Shown here: positions 15,158 to 26,045 of the stretch, one piece after another
Numbering within the stretch: position 1 is the first letter of the stretch
Layout of the letters: each line of letters opens with the position of its first letter
NCBI RefSeq assembly: GCF_964355755.1
Contig: NC_092672.1
Span: 31,378,437 to 31,442,436 of the forward strand
Direction of reading: 5' to 3'
Source: Antedon mediterranea
Lineage: Eukaryota; Animalia; Echinodermata
DNA: 64,000 nucleotides
Translations under genes and position numbers: made by a program
The notes under the pieces: generated by a model
Told to the model about the DNA's origin: nothing
The model's input: only the letters and a program-made list of their open reading frames with translations
The model's database searches: none

Positions 15158-16196
15158 CACTTTGACTGCCAAAGGTTTTTCCAGTTAGAAACTGCCATCG
15201 CCAGCGTTTATAGCCCAATTCGATGTTTTTATTAAAGCTGATTGAAACTATGTATGTGATCTGATTTACATGTAATTTAGACAAAAATAATCATAAAGAT
15301 TTTAGCTTTACAATGTTACCAAGAACGATTTTCAAATCGCAATATGTAAATCGTAATAGTAAAGTGAAAGTAACCCACTTTTTGAGTTTTTCGTAGTTTT
15401 GCGCAAGAAAGTCGAGATATTCGCGATTTTGTGCAAGACATCACAATATGAAAATATCGCCCGGTGAGATCAACAAACAACGAAAAAGTTACTTACACGG
15501 CACCGGTAGGCCTATAAAAACAAGTTTTCACTACCGAAAAATGTATTACATTTTATAAATCATAAATCTTACATCAATGTTTCGCCAAAATCCACATAGT
15601 AAAGACACCAGGCCTAGTTAACTAGGCCTAAAGTTGGTCCGGAACCGTTTTACGACTAGGCCTAGGCTATAGCCTAATACTACTAGCCTAGCTAGTAAAC
15701 TGATGATAATATTCATACCATTTCTAAACAAGTTTGTTGCGTGAAACACGGCCACTTACAGTGAAACACCAAAACAATTAGGGTATACATACAATAATAA
15801 AATTAAAGACTTCATATTGAAAATTCATCCATTATTTTTTATTCAGATAACAAACAAACATGCCAATCCACATAAACCTTGTAATGCTTCGGCGGCATAG
15901 CTAGCGCGCGACCGATACACAATGCGCCAAACCATCGCTGTACGCGCTACTGTGATGCGCGGTGTATGTTATTTCGACAGGCACCATTTTGACAATCGTT
16001 CGTAACCAGATTAGTTACTTTCAAAAAGTAAAATAATCACGGTCCAGACCGAATATAGTGTCCATATTTATAGTATATACCAATAATTAACCTATCTACC
16101 GGATTTCGTAAAAAAACGCAAACGAAGATCTTCGTGTTTGGCAGTCAAGCGTTGTGTTTCCAAAAACGAAGATCTTCGTGTTTGGCAGTCAAAGTG
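15158..16196. mobile_element. Non-autonomous piggyBac-like element (1039 bp)
   Basis: TTAA at 15154-15157 and 16197-16200; perfect 16-bp TIR CACTTTGACTGCCAAA; subterminal 29-bp direct repeat (16120-16148, 16164-16192) containing the palindrome ACGAAGATCTTCGT. Confidence 0.85.
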
Positions 16197-18334
16197 TTAA
16201 TATTTAAATATCATGCTCAGATATAATCCCCCTATCATACGTGATAATTCTATTGGACTTGTTTCTAATCTTATTCTTTATGCTCAAATTATAATTGCAC
16301 TCCATCATATATACTTTTGACTGAAATTTCAGATTGAAACTTCAGATTGAAACTTCAGATTGATATTTCAGATTGAAATTTTAGTTTTGCACTGCCTGAT
16401 AATGACAACCTACTAAATGATGAAATGTTTAATACAAAATATTAATTTATTTCATCATAAAGTCTCAGTAGATCCTGTATAACTGCAATGCAATATAATG
16501 TTTATTATAAAACATATTGAAAAGGTACGTCTATGGTAAGCTAATATTTTAACACCTAACACAACTTTTAAAAAAATGAAATAATTATCCAACATAAATG
16601 AATGCAATATAAAACTTACAGTGTTAAATTCAAGACCATCTATGTAATCAATAATATGAAACATGTCGTATTTCGAAGGCAACAGTTTGATGAAGCAAGC
16701 TCAACGCACACTTATCATAACCGTATTCCACGCGACTTAAATTATAACCTCTCATTGACTTATCTACGGCAACTAATATCAATTCCGTCGTTGTGATAAT
16801 TTCCAGCAAAACCATGAACATATAAATGATGACATCAACGATATTAATAAGGTTGCGAATCTACAGACTCGTGGCCTCTCTAAGAGGAGGTCAAACATAT
16901 TCTCATTGCGCTTGATGGGCCTATCGAGTCATATAAATCATCGTCACTTTTCAGAGTTATAATCTTTGATTATGTAAAACACTGTAGGGTTAATACAAAG
17001 ATAGAAACTATGCAACTACGAACCCTCATATTTCGGATGCGAAATCTGAAAAATGAATAATTTGAAAGTTTAAGGCCACGTTCTAGGCAAAATAGCAGAC
17101 ACGTGAAGACTTCAGCACTTGGGGCCTCTCTCTTGCTTACGGAGAATGTATACATGAATGATTTTTTATACTAGCTTCAAATTGAACCAATATTTATAAC
17201 TTTGGTTATACAAGTATTATTTAAACATTTTTTTTAAAGTTGTGGTAGAGGAGAGTTTTGGTAACCAATGTCCACTTTTTTTTCTTTTAAAACTCTAGCA
17301 TAGTTCTATTTTGTTATATACAGTGAACTCTCTCTCTCTCTTTCTCAAAGCCCAACAGGTCCCTAAATCCTCTTCAGCATAAAAAACACATTCTGAATTT
17401 CCAGAAACCAGACATATTTTGCCAGCCCAGGTATAATTGGGACAGTTGTTGACTGTATTTTTCTTTTCATAAAATTATTATAAGTGTTTATACTCAGAAA
17501 AAGATGTGTCATTCTATTGTGACAATGAACAATATAAACATGTGACAATGACATTGTTACTAATATGTGACAAGTTAATTTTAATGCATTCAACACAAAG
17601 GAATTGGATGGAATACCATCCTTATCGCAGTAAATACCAAAAATCGTTGAAATAGACAATTGTGGGAAGTGAGTATTGTTACATGACATCATCAGTCCAT
17701 TCAAAGAAAATCTTGGAAAAATTAATGGTATATTATTCATAATTTGTTTCTTCTAAACCCACATTGTTAACAAGAAATTATTATTTGACGCTAATTTTAA
17801 ATGAATGAAACTATACGACACTTCACAGAACAATCATTGTGCCTAGTCTCAGACTGGATATCCTCTAGAGGGCAGTATTCAAAAGTGCCACTGTCTAATC
17901 TTCCCATCATGAATAGAACTATTGATAATATTAAACACATCTCTTCAATCATTTCCGTCGAGTGAATTATTTTGTAATTCATGCTGGTGTCTGTCTTCGG
18001 TAAACATATTTTCGAAAATGAAACATTTTTCGCTTACAAGTGTCATAGCAATTTAGCGTGAAGTGAATTACATGAATTTTTTTCTCTACATTTTGTATTT
18101 CAATGGAATTTGACCTGCATTTTATAAATCGTATGTTCATTTATTGTTGAAGCTTATATAATTGTGAAGAACAGCCAAAATTTATACAAAAAAATAATAA
18201 TAAACGGATTTGATAACAATTGAAAGAAAATGTAATCATATTATAAAGTCCTGCACATTTAAAAAGGCATAGAAAAAATAGCCAGGTGATAACTGAATGT
18301 TAATTAATTAATTTTGAAACAAAGATTAAGAAAT

Positions 18335-18420
18335 GTGTGAGAATGACAAAAAGCTTCCCCAACCGAGATTCAAACTTAGAAACTTCTGCTTGATATGCAG
18401 ATGTCTTAACCATTAGACAA
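18335..18420 (-). repeat. Degenerate dispersed tRNA-like repeat (relatives near 1340-1397, 34995-35065, 48635-48725)
   Basis: Shared GTGAGAA..AAAAAG..CTTCTGCTTGATATGCAGA..ATTAGAC. Confidence 0.55.
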
Positions 18421-19533
18421 AAGCTTTATATATAATTTCTCTATAGTTATAAGTAGTCTTTATTATGAAATATACATTATTTTTTTTAATTAAAATGTAA
18501 AACATAAAAATTCTAGCATATTTTACTACAAATATACCAATATCTCTCTTCTTTTGTTATTGTAAATTAAACTCCCAAATGACGTGAAACATTTGTTCAA
18601 AAACAAAAAAGTCTTAAAATGTCGACAAGTATAATGATGAACCTTCCCAATGAGACACATTTAAAGTGTGGGTTTATCAGCCATGCATGCGTTAGGGACG
18701 CATAAATTCACTTATCAATCCAATTAGCGTTAAAAACCTGGCCAAAAGTTGTCTCATTTTACAAATCAGAATTATGGATGTTCACTATGTCCTCGATTAA
18801 ACATAGCCCAGGAGATACTCGGAACAAAGATAATGAAAGAAAAATCTGTATCATACACTATCCAGAGAGGAACATCAAAGAGTCGCTATCATAGACATCA
18901 TAGAGGGAGTAATAATGTCATGTTACTGCAGACATGTGGTAGTGACATGTGACACTTAATGTTACTAATGAATTGAATTAATCGACCGATTTTGTTTGTT
19001 TAAATAATGTATGCCTCATGTAGGTGGCAAACCTTGTTAGCTGGACTGGGAAAAAAGATATAAATGAATACGTAAACAAAACCAATTAGCCATAACAGTT
19101 TTTTCAACAAATAAACTGAAATTTTATTTGGCTTGTAGACTGTTGTGTTTCATTGTTTATTAAATATGTTTTATGCTGTATGGTTTCATGTTTTGATCGA
19201 TATGAATAAAGAAAAAATAGTTTTTTAGAATGTGGTTTTACTTGAACAATGTTCATAACAAAAGATGTGTTTGGTTTCATTGTTTGACTGGATAGGTTGC
19301 ACTTTTAGCAATGTTTACCATCTCTATGTTTACACAGATTTTTCTCTAACACATAAGAACAATCAAACTACAGTTTATCTTTAGAAATACATGGCTTAAA
19401 CATCCAAAATACTTCCGACTGCAATCTGGTGGGAATGATATTCCTATCTCCATTAGAGTTATTAATGTTACAACGAATATACCTAAAACATATCCAAGTT
19501 TTATCACAGATAGCCTACATTGGCATAATATCG

Positions 19534-19844
19534 TGCTTATAAACTAAGTCTCATTTGAGCCAATAGGGAGTGCAGTTTAAAGAGTCATGAGTTAATACAA
19601 CCCTGGAATTGGTCAGGATTGAACCCTGGAGCTTGGGATTGGAAGGAAGCATGTTAACCACCAAGCTACAGCTACACTGATATAAATCGCCAATTACAGG
19701 ATGGATAAACCAATTTATGTTTTATCATGCTTATAAACTAAGTCTCATTTGAGGCTTAGGGAGTGCAGTTTAAAGAGTCATGAGTTACAACCAGGTCAGG
19801 ATTGAACCCTGGACCTTGGGATTGGAAGGAAGCATGTTAACCAC
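19534..19844 (-). mobile_element. Two tandem degenerate tRNA-SINE-like fragments
   Basis: About 19534-19675 is repeated at 19728-19844; minus strand TAGCTTGGTGGTTAA...GGGTTCAATCC. Confidence 0.55.
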
Positions 19845-20242
19845 CTACAACTCCACTAATATCGGAGTTTACAGCATGGAAGTATACATTCCATACATGT
19901 AAATGTAGTGCGTGCGAAGACAGCTCATTATCTTTATCATAAGATATTATGTAGAAGAAATAAATGACAAAACCTAAAAAATGATGAAACAGTTCTTTAT
20001 CCAATTTCATTTTAATTGGAAAACTAAATTCATCTTTTTTAAAGTACTTAAAGATCATGGAACATGGTATTTGAAGTTTTTGCAAAATAGTAGTATTATA
20101 GTTGTTTCCCCTGATGGACATTAAACAAACAATAAATTAAACGTTTTCAGGACATAATTAAAGTGTTTTCTGCTATTTCGCGCAACTGCTTTCAGTTCAC
20201 GTTTATTCGGGTTTTTTCGGCCTTTTCCGGTAACCACTGATA

Positions 20243-20260
20243 GTGACGTCATAAGATGAA
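20243..20260 (+). promoter_or_regulatory. Left subterminal 18-bp motif containing a CRE palindrome (TGACGTCA), upstream of the transposase
   Basis: GTGACGTCATAAGATGAA, 191 bp from the left end and about 90 bp before the ATG; perfect inverted partner at 26028-26045. Confidence 0.75.
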
Positions 20261-20349
20261 GAAAACTTTTTCGCGCCTGTGTGTGTACAAACTATTGCTT
20301 GGCCCGTGTCGTGTGTTCATGTTGACAATCTTGCATCTATCTCATAAAA

Positions 20350-23300
20350 ATGCCGAAACGGTGTGTTTTCTTTGGGTGTAGTAACATTTCTAAAGATGAA
20401 ATCAGTTTGCATTTCTTTCCTAAAGACAAATCCTTTTTTAAAAAGTGGGAAAAGGTTGTAGCAACCAAGAGAAAAAACTGGAAAGCCAGCCCGTATTCTT
20501 GTGTATGCTCTGAACACTTCAGCGAAGACCAGTTTGTGGAATATAATTCCGTCAAGGCCCAGCTTGGTTTTGCAAACAGGTTTGTAATAACTTACTATTC
20601 TAATAAGTAATATTAAAATATTAATAATATAATAATAATAATAATAATACTACAGTAACTAGGCGACTAGGCCTAGTAGTAGTAGCCCTACTTTAGGCCT
20701 AGTCCTAGTAAGTAGTAGTAAGCCTGGGTACTGTGTAGGCTTTTTCTGGTTACGGTCCTAGCTAGGCTAGCCTAAAGGCCCGGGGGCCTAGCCTAGGTTA
20801 GTTGAGGCGTCCGTGGGGTATGAAGAACAAACAATTGTGCACTGACACCAATTGTTCACTTTGCCTTTGTTTAATAATTAGGATAGGGGATAGACCTTGG
20901 CCTAGGCTAGTTATTATTTTTGAGACGTTGTGATTTGTTATTGAATCAATCTTTTTGATGGCATTGAAAATCTAAATCACGTATGGGACGATGACGATTT
21001 GAAGCAGTGTATCACCCGATCAAAAATAATTACTACTAGGCTAGTATTAGATGTTCCCAAATATGTTGGAAATTAAGAAGTTTGTGATCAAGATCAAATG
21101 CATAGGCCTATTTTCTTTTTACAGAAAAAAAAAATTAAAGCCTGATGCCATTCCCTTTCATCGTGTATGTTGTGAAGAACTGGCCAATGACAAACAGAAA
21201 CTAGTCCCAGGCCGTTCTGCATACCAAAAAAGGGAAAGTGAAAGAGAGTCTGTTCACAACAAAAGTGAAATTGAAAGGGTGAGTGATTACCTAATGATCT
21301 GCAGCATAAATGACTTGTAAAATAATGTTGTGTACTCTAACTTCTAATTCAGAATATACAGCAGTATGACCGTTATTATTAATGGTGATTTTGGTTCTTG
21401 TTTTACTATATTCCAGATTTTGAAAGAAAATAAGGAAAATGTTTTTGAAAGTGAAAGTGAAGCTATGGTCAATGAAGATGGAAGTAGAAGATCTTGTGGT
21501 ATAAATACCACAAGTGAAAAAAAATTCCATAAAGCTACAACTGTAAAGCCAGTTACAAGGACTGTTAAGATACAGACTTCATACAAAGGCCCCAGTAAAT
21601 GCAAGTACCTTGTCAATTAATGTTTGACACTAGGTGGTGTTGCTAATAGCTTTAAATGTGTACATTTATTTTTATTTATTTTTTCAGCTGTCCAGTGTGT
21701 ACCTCTCTGTTGTTCTAGAGGTACTCAATGTGAACTGTTGCTTCCATTTGCAACATCCAGTCCTATTGCAAGTGAAGATGAAGATGAAGGTATGGAGGTA
21801 GATGACAATGATGATTATTATATACCAAGTGACACATCAAATTCAAGTATTGAATTGGATGAAGGTGAAAGTGATGAGTAAGTACAAACGCCATGTTACA
21901 GTTTCATTTTGATGCAATCAATTACATGTTAGTTATTTTACATTCTGACCTTGTAAACCTTTTTATATTATTTCAGTTCTAATAACTTTGAGTACGAATT
22001 AAACCACGAGGTAAAATATGTTGTGTTCCGCTCAATGCTGCTTAGCCTATTTACCCTATGTCAACTGTGTGGCAAAAAAGGTGCTAAAGCAGCAACAACT
22101 TGTATAGGGACATTAATAATAATAAATCAGACTTGTCGAGCATGTGATGGAAGTTTCCAGTGGAAAAGCCAGCCATACATCGGAGCAATTCCAGCTGGAA
22201 ATCTTTTATTGAGTGCTGCCATTTTGTTCTCTGGTGCTTTGCCAAGTAAGGCATTGAAATTGTTACGCTTTTGGGGTGTGACAATATATGAAAGACACAC
22301 CTTCTTCAGACACCAAAACAAATTTTTAATACCTGCTGTTAACAATTTATGGGACAGAAAGCAAACAGATTTGCTTAGAGTGGCTCGACAGTCCGAAGTG
22401 ACATTAGGTGGTGATGCACGATGTGACAGCATGGGGCATTCGGCAAAATATGGAAGCTATACTTTATTAGACCTGGATAGAAAAAAGATCTTGGCTATGG
22501 AGCTTGTTCAGGTAAGATTGTTGCTGCATGATTTCTTTGAAAATGTTGGAATTTTATTAAATTGATTTTTTTGAAATGATTACAGTAGTTACTGTGATTA
22601 ACACTATTAGAATTTTTTTTTTAATTATTTCATAGAGTAACGAAACTAATGGAAGCTACCATATGGAACTAGAAGGATTGAAGCGGTGTCTGAATGTGCT
22701 TTGGAAAAGTAATGTTGCTATCGGAACTTTGGTAACGGACCGGCATGCTCAAATTCAGAAGTGGCTAAGAGACAACTGTAGTCAAATAACGCATTACTTT
22801 GATATCTGGCATGTGGCTAAAGGTAGGTTGGTTTACAAACATAATAATCTTGATTTCTTGTACTCAAATACTACAAATCTTTATTTTGAATACTTGCAAC
22901 ACATTATATTTTATTATTTACATTTTTAGGGTTAAAAAAGAAACTTGTTGCTCTTGAGAAGAGGAAAGGGTGTGAACAAGTTAACAAATGGCGCCGAAGC
23001 ATAATTAATCATCTCTATTGGAGTGTTGTTACAAGTAACGGAAATGGGGACCTAGCTCTAGCAAAGTGGGATTCAATAACAAATCACATTGTGGATATTC
23101 ATTCCGGTCATAGTGACTTGTTTCCGGCTTGCATTCATGGACCAGCTCAAAAAAAAAATTTTTTTACACCAGGTAAACCAATTATTATTTAACTTTTTGG
23201 GGCAAGTTTCTTCTCCAATATGTCCGATTTTTTGACTAATTATTTTTTGGTTTCTAGGGACAGAATGTAACGAAAAAGTAGCAGATATCCTGCAGAACAA

Positions 23301-24011
23301 GTACCTCATGAAAGATGTAGTGAAACTGTCTCCCTTAGGACAAACATATGGCGTCGAAGGTTTCCACAATCTTGTGAACCATTTTGCACCCAAGATGTTC
23401 CACTTTGGTTATTCTGGGATGAAAAGCAGGTATGTGCCTAGTTTATAATCAAATGTTCATTATTTATTTGTGTAGTGCTGTAATATTAGTATTTTCTAGG
23501 CCACATGATTCATGTTTGTATTGTTTTTGTCTTATAGACTTCTGCTTGCAGTTTTTCATTACAATGAGAATTCAGATCGTATTCAGGCAAGGACAAAAGA
23601 TGGTGATCTCCAGTATGCCATTGCATTCCCAAAAGCAAAACAAGGTGGCCATACAGTCAAAAAAGTAATGACAGAATGTACATTTGGTAAGTCTATTTTA
23701 GTTACAATAAGCAACTAATTCTGGACATGGTGATTGATTTCTATTATGAATATGCTTTATAATGAAGACCTGGACTGCTCTGTGGTGAGAGATTATGTTC
23801 TGTTTATTTATTTTTTGTAGGGTATGTTGATGAACTGATTACAGAGGTAATGTCTGTTGTCGATGGTACTGCTGAATGCATTGACTTTGTTGACGCTCCC
23901 CCTCCCCTCTGTGCAAGTTTCGAACATCCAGACAAAACAGTAGCCATTGAAAGCCTGTTTACAAGGTTTCCAGAGACAGACTCAACATTAGATACATACA
24001 CATCTAAGTAA
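20350..24011 (+). CDS. Kolobok transposase, N-terminal THAP zinc finger + DDE core; 10 exons, about 742-744 aa
   Basis: Manual splice model: 20350-20579, 21125-21278, 21417-21600 (GC donor; or 21594 with GT donor), 21688-21877, 21977-22511, 22636-22822, 22930-23172, 23258-23429, 23538-23686, 23821-24011. All phases are compatible and there is no internal stop. THAP C2CH motif MPKRCVFFGC..FP..W..CSEHF..LKPDAIP; CxxC..CxxC; core motifs GGDARCDSMGHSAKYGSY, LVTDRH, HYFDIWH, QTYGVEGFH..FAPK, LAVFHYNEN. Confidence 0.9.
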
Positions 24012-24514
24012 TGCGTTATTTGACTACAGTTGTCTCTTAGCCACTTCTGAATTTGAGCATGCCGGTCCGTTACCAAAGTTCCGATAGCAACATTACTTTT
24101 CCAAAGCACATTCAGACACAGCTTCAATCCTTCTAGTTCCATACGTTAGTTTCCATTAGTTTTGTGACTCTACGAAATAATATCAGATTGTAAATCTAAT
24201 ATGTTAATCACAGTAACTACTGTAATCATTCCAAAAAACTCAATTGAAGTCACATCGTGCATCACCACCTAATGTCACATCAGACTGTCAAGCCACTCTA
24301 AGCAAATCTGTTTGCTTTCTGTCCCATAAATTGTTAACAGACGGTATTAACAATTTTTTTGTTTTGAAGAAGGTGTGTCTTTCATATGTTGTCACACCCC
24401 AAAAGCTGGAATTGATCCGATGTATGGCTGGCTTTTCCACAACATTGGATACATACACATCTAAGTAATGAGTTATTTGACTACAGTTGTCTCTAAGCCA
24501 CTTTTGAATTTGAG
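23983..24514 (+). repeat. 75-bp direct repeat (23983-24057 and 24440-24514) bracketing the antisense cassette
   Basis: caacatt(a/g)gatacatacacatctaagtaatg(c/a)gttatttgactacagttgtctct(t/a)agccactt(c/t)tgaatttgag; 4 mismatches; copies 457 bp apart. Confidence 0.93.
24006..24440 (-). repeat. Inverted, internally deleted copy of transposase exon 5 / intron 5 / exon 6 in the transposase 3' UTR
   Basis: 24006-24245 is the reverse complement of about 22560-22799; 24249-24405 of 22268-22427; 24404-24440 of 22160-22196. The minus ORF 23804..24142 reproduces MELEGLK(L/R)CLNVLWKSNVAIGTLVTDRHAQIQKWLRDNCSQITHY. Confidence 0.95.
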
Positions 24515-24670
24515 ACAACGCTTGTTACACATCAAAGTTTGGGTAATAGAATCAGGGAATCCCAAGGAGAAATTCATACAATACAAAGGGCCTTACACAA
24601 TGCTATGGAAATTCAAATCTAAATATACTGAAAATACCTGTATTTTTCATTTTAGGATTGTTGTACTGTT

Positions 24671-24686
24671 AATAAATGTTAATAAA
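24671..24686 (+). terminator. Tandem AATAAA polyadenylation signals, probably for the transposase mRNA
   Basis: aataaatgttaataaa followed by T/GT-rich sequence; first AATAAA I could find after the stop at 24011. Confidence 0.6.
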
Positions 24687-24829
24687 TTTGTATTGCATTA
24701 AAATATATATTGAATTTGTTGATTTTTATGGTTGATGGTAAACCAAACAGATGCTATTCAAATCTCAATTGACCTTTTGGTTGTTCTGAAAAGAACAGTT
24801 TGTTTTGGGTATAGTGCAGTATTGCAGAT

Positions 24830-25947
24830 TTACATATTGAAACCTTCAAAATAAAAATTGTCCTCCATTCCAGGGGGTGGAAAATGGGCTCTTATACATG
24901 CCACTGCACATGAGGGCAGAACAACTCTCAAGTTTCTTCCAAGAAAGCCCCAACACCATCTCGCCAGTTGCCTGTAAGCCACATGCCTTCTACGTTTGTG
25001 CTCTGGGCCATCAAATGCAGCATCATATTGTTGCCGGTATTGAAGCCATGCTATTTCAAGTACATGCACATTTAAGCATGCTGCGACAAATCCAGGATGG
25101 TTGGTGATGCATGTATATCGCTCAGCATTGTACATTGTTTCCCCTTCATCCAGTCTACATTCCATTGATGGGATTTCCTGGCAGCACTTGCACTCACGAT
25201 ATGTTTGTTGTATCTGGCAATGGCCACACTTGCACCTTGAAAACAGTTTCAATACAATAATATATAGGCCTAATGACGTGTCCCCACCTGAACTATTATA
25301 CTTGTATTATATATATTTGTTATTAATTAATAACAAGCTGTACCTTACGTCATGAGCATTAATTATATTTATTATTAATTATGCACAGAGTTTACTACAA
25401 TTTAGCCTAGCTTTTTTCATACCACTGCATGCACTGATGGGTTAAGAACGAATTAATCACCTACTACTAGGCCTAGCTAGAGCCTAGGCCTACTACTACT
25501 AGCCTAGGCCTAGTCCCTAGTACTACTAGCCTAGCACCTTTCACTTTAGTAAATCGACACAAAAGCAACTTCAGTTTTACTAATTATTTTATTGCGTTTA
25601 AAAACACGATAATAATGTGCTATATAACTGACTGTAACTAACCATTCCAAAGTTTGGGTCCGTAATTGACCTAGGCCTAGGGCCATGTTGGTCTGGTCAA
25701 TTTCGGGACCCTCAATTTCCCCACGACGTCGTTCTTCGCCGACTTCGCGTTGGTCGGCCTCACCTTCAGAATCGGTGAGATCGGGCTTATACATATAGGG
25801 TTGAATCGCCCTATTATTACATTCAATTTCATGCGTATCGATAACGTCATCTCCTTCATCTTCATCGATTTCGAATTCACAATGGATCGTTTCCTCTTCT
25901 AAAACAGAATCAGAACTGTCGAGATCGTACACAATACGTGTTGACAT
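24830..25947 (-). CDS. KolX: KolX accessory protein, acidic N-terminus + Cys-rich P2X7-ballast-like domain; 2 exons, 236 aa
   Basis: Exon 1 25947-25643 (TG|gttagt) and exon 2 25235-24830 (ttttcaag|G) join to give W-CKCGHC. Motifs IQPYMYKP, ECKCCQE, CITNHPGF..CLN..VL, RHVAYRQLARWCWG.LG...RVVLPSCAV..IR.HFP match the P2X7 C-terminal/KolX family from memory. Convergent with the transposase inside the TIRs. Confidence 0.88.
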
Positions 25948-26027
25948 CTTGCAGTTATTTTTTTATACACAGTTTGTGCACTAAATGCGTCGCGACACCA
26001 GGGGCGCCAGAGTAGTAGTACAGTGTG

Positions 26028-26045
26028 TTCATCTTATGACGTCAC
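26028..26045 (-). promoter_or_regulatory. Right subterminal 18-bp motif containing a CRE palindrome, upstream of KolX
   Basis: TTCATCTTATGACGTCAC, 191 bp from the right end and about 80 bp before the KolX ATG. Confidence 0.75.

Noticed and set aside
20350-20610. Stand-alone host THAP gene or P element
   Set aside because: It splices in frame to a Kolobok-type core; the TSD is TTAA rather than 8 bp and the termini are AG..CT.
23804-24142. Minus-strand 112-aa ORF as a third gene or second transposase
   Set aside because: It is the inverted copy of exon 6 running into the antisense of exon 10; neighbouring blocks carry deletions and frameshifts.
24006-24514. Inverted duplication as an assembly or chimeric-read artefact
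   Set aside because: The arms have distinct substitutions, indels, two large deletions and a diverged direct repeat, unlike a fold-back artefact; read-level confirmation is still advisable.
24830-25252. P2X7 purinoceptor gene
   Set aside because: Only the Cys-rich C-terminal-like domain is present, with no transmembrane or ectodomain exons, and it lies within TIRs.
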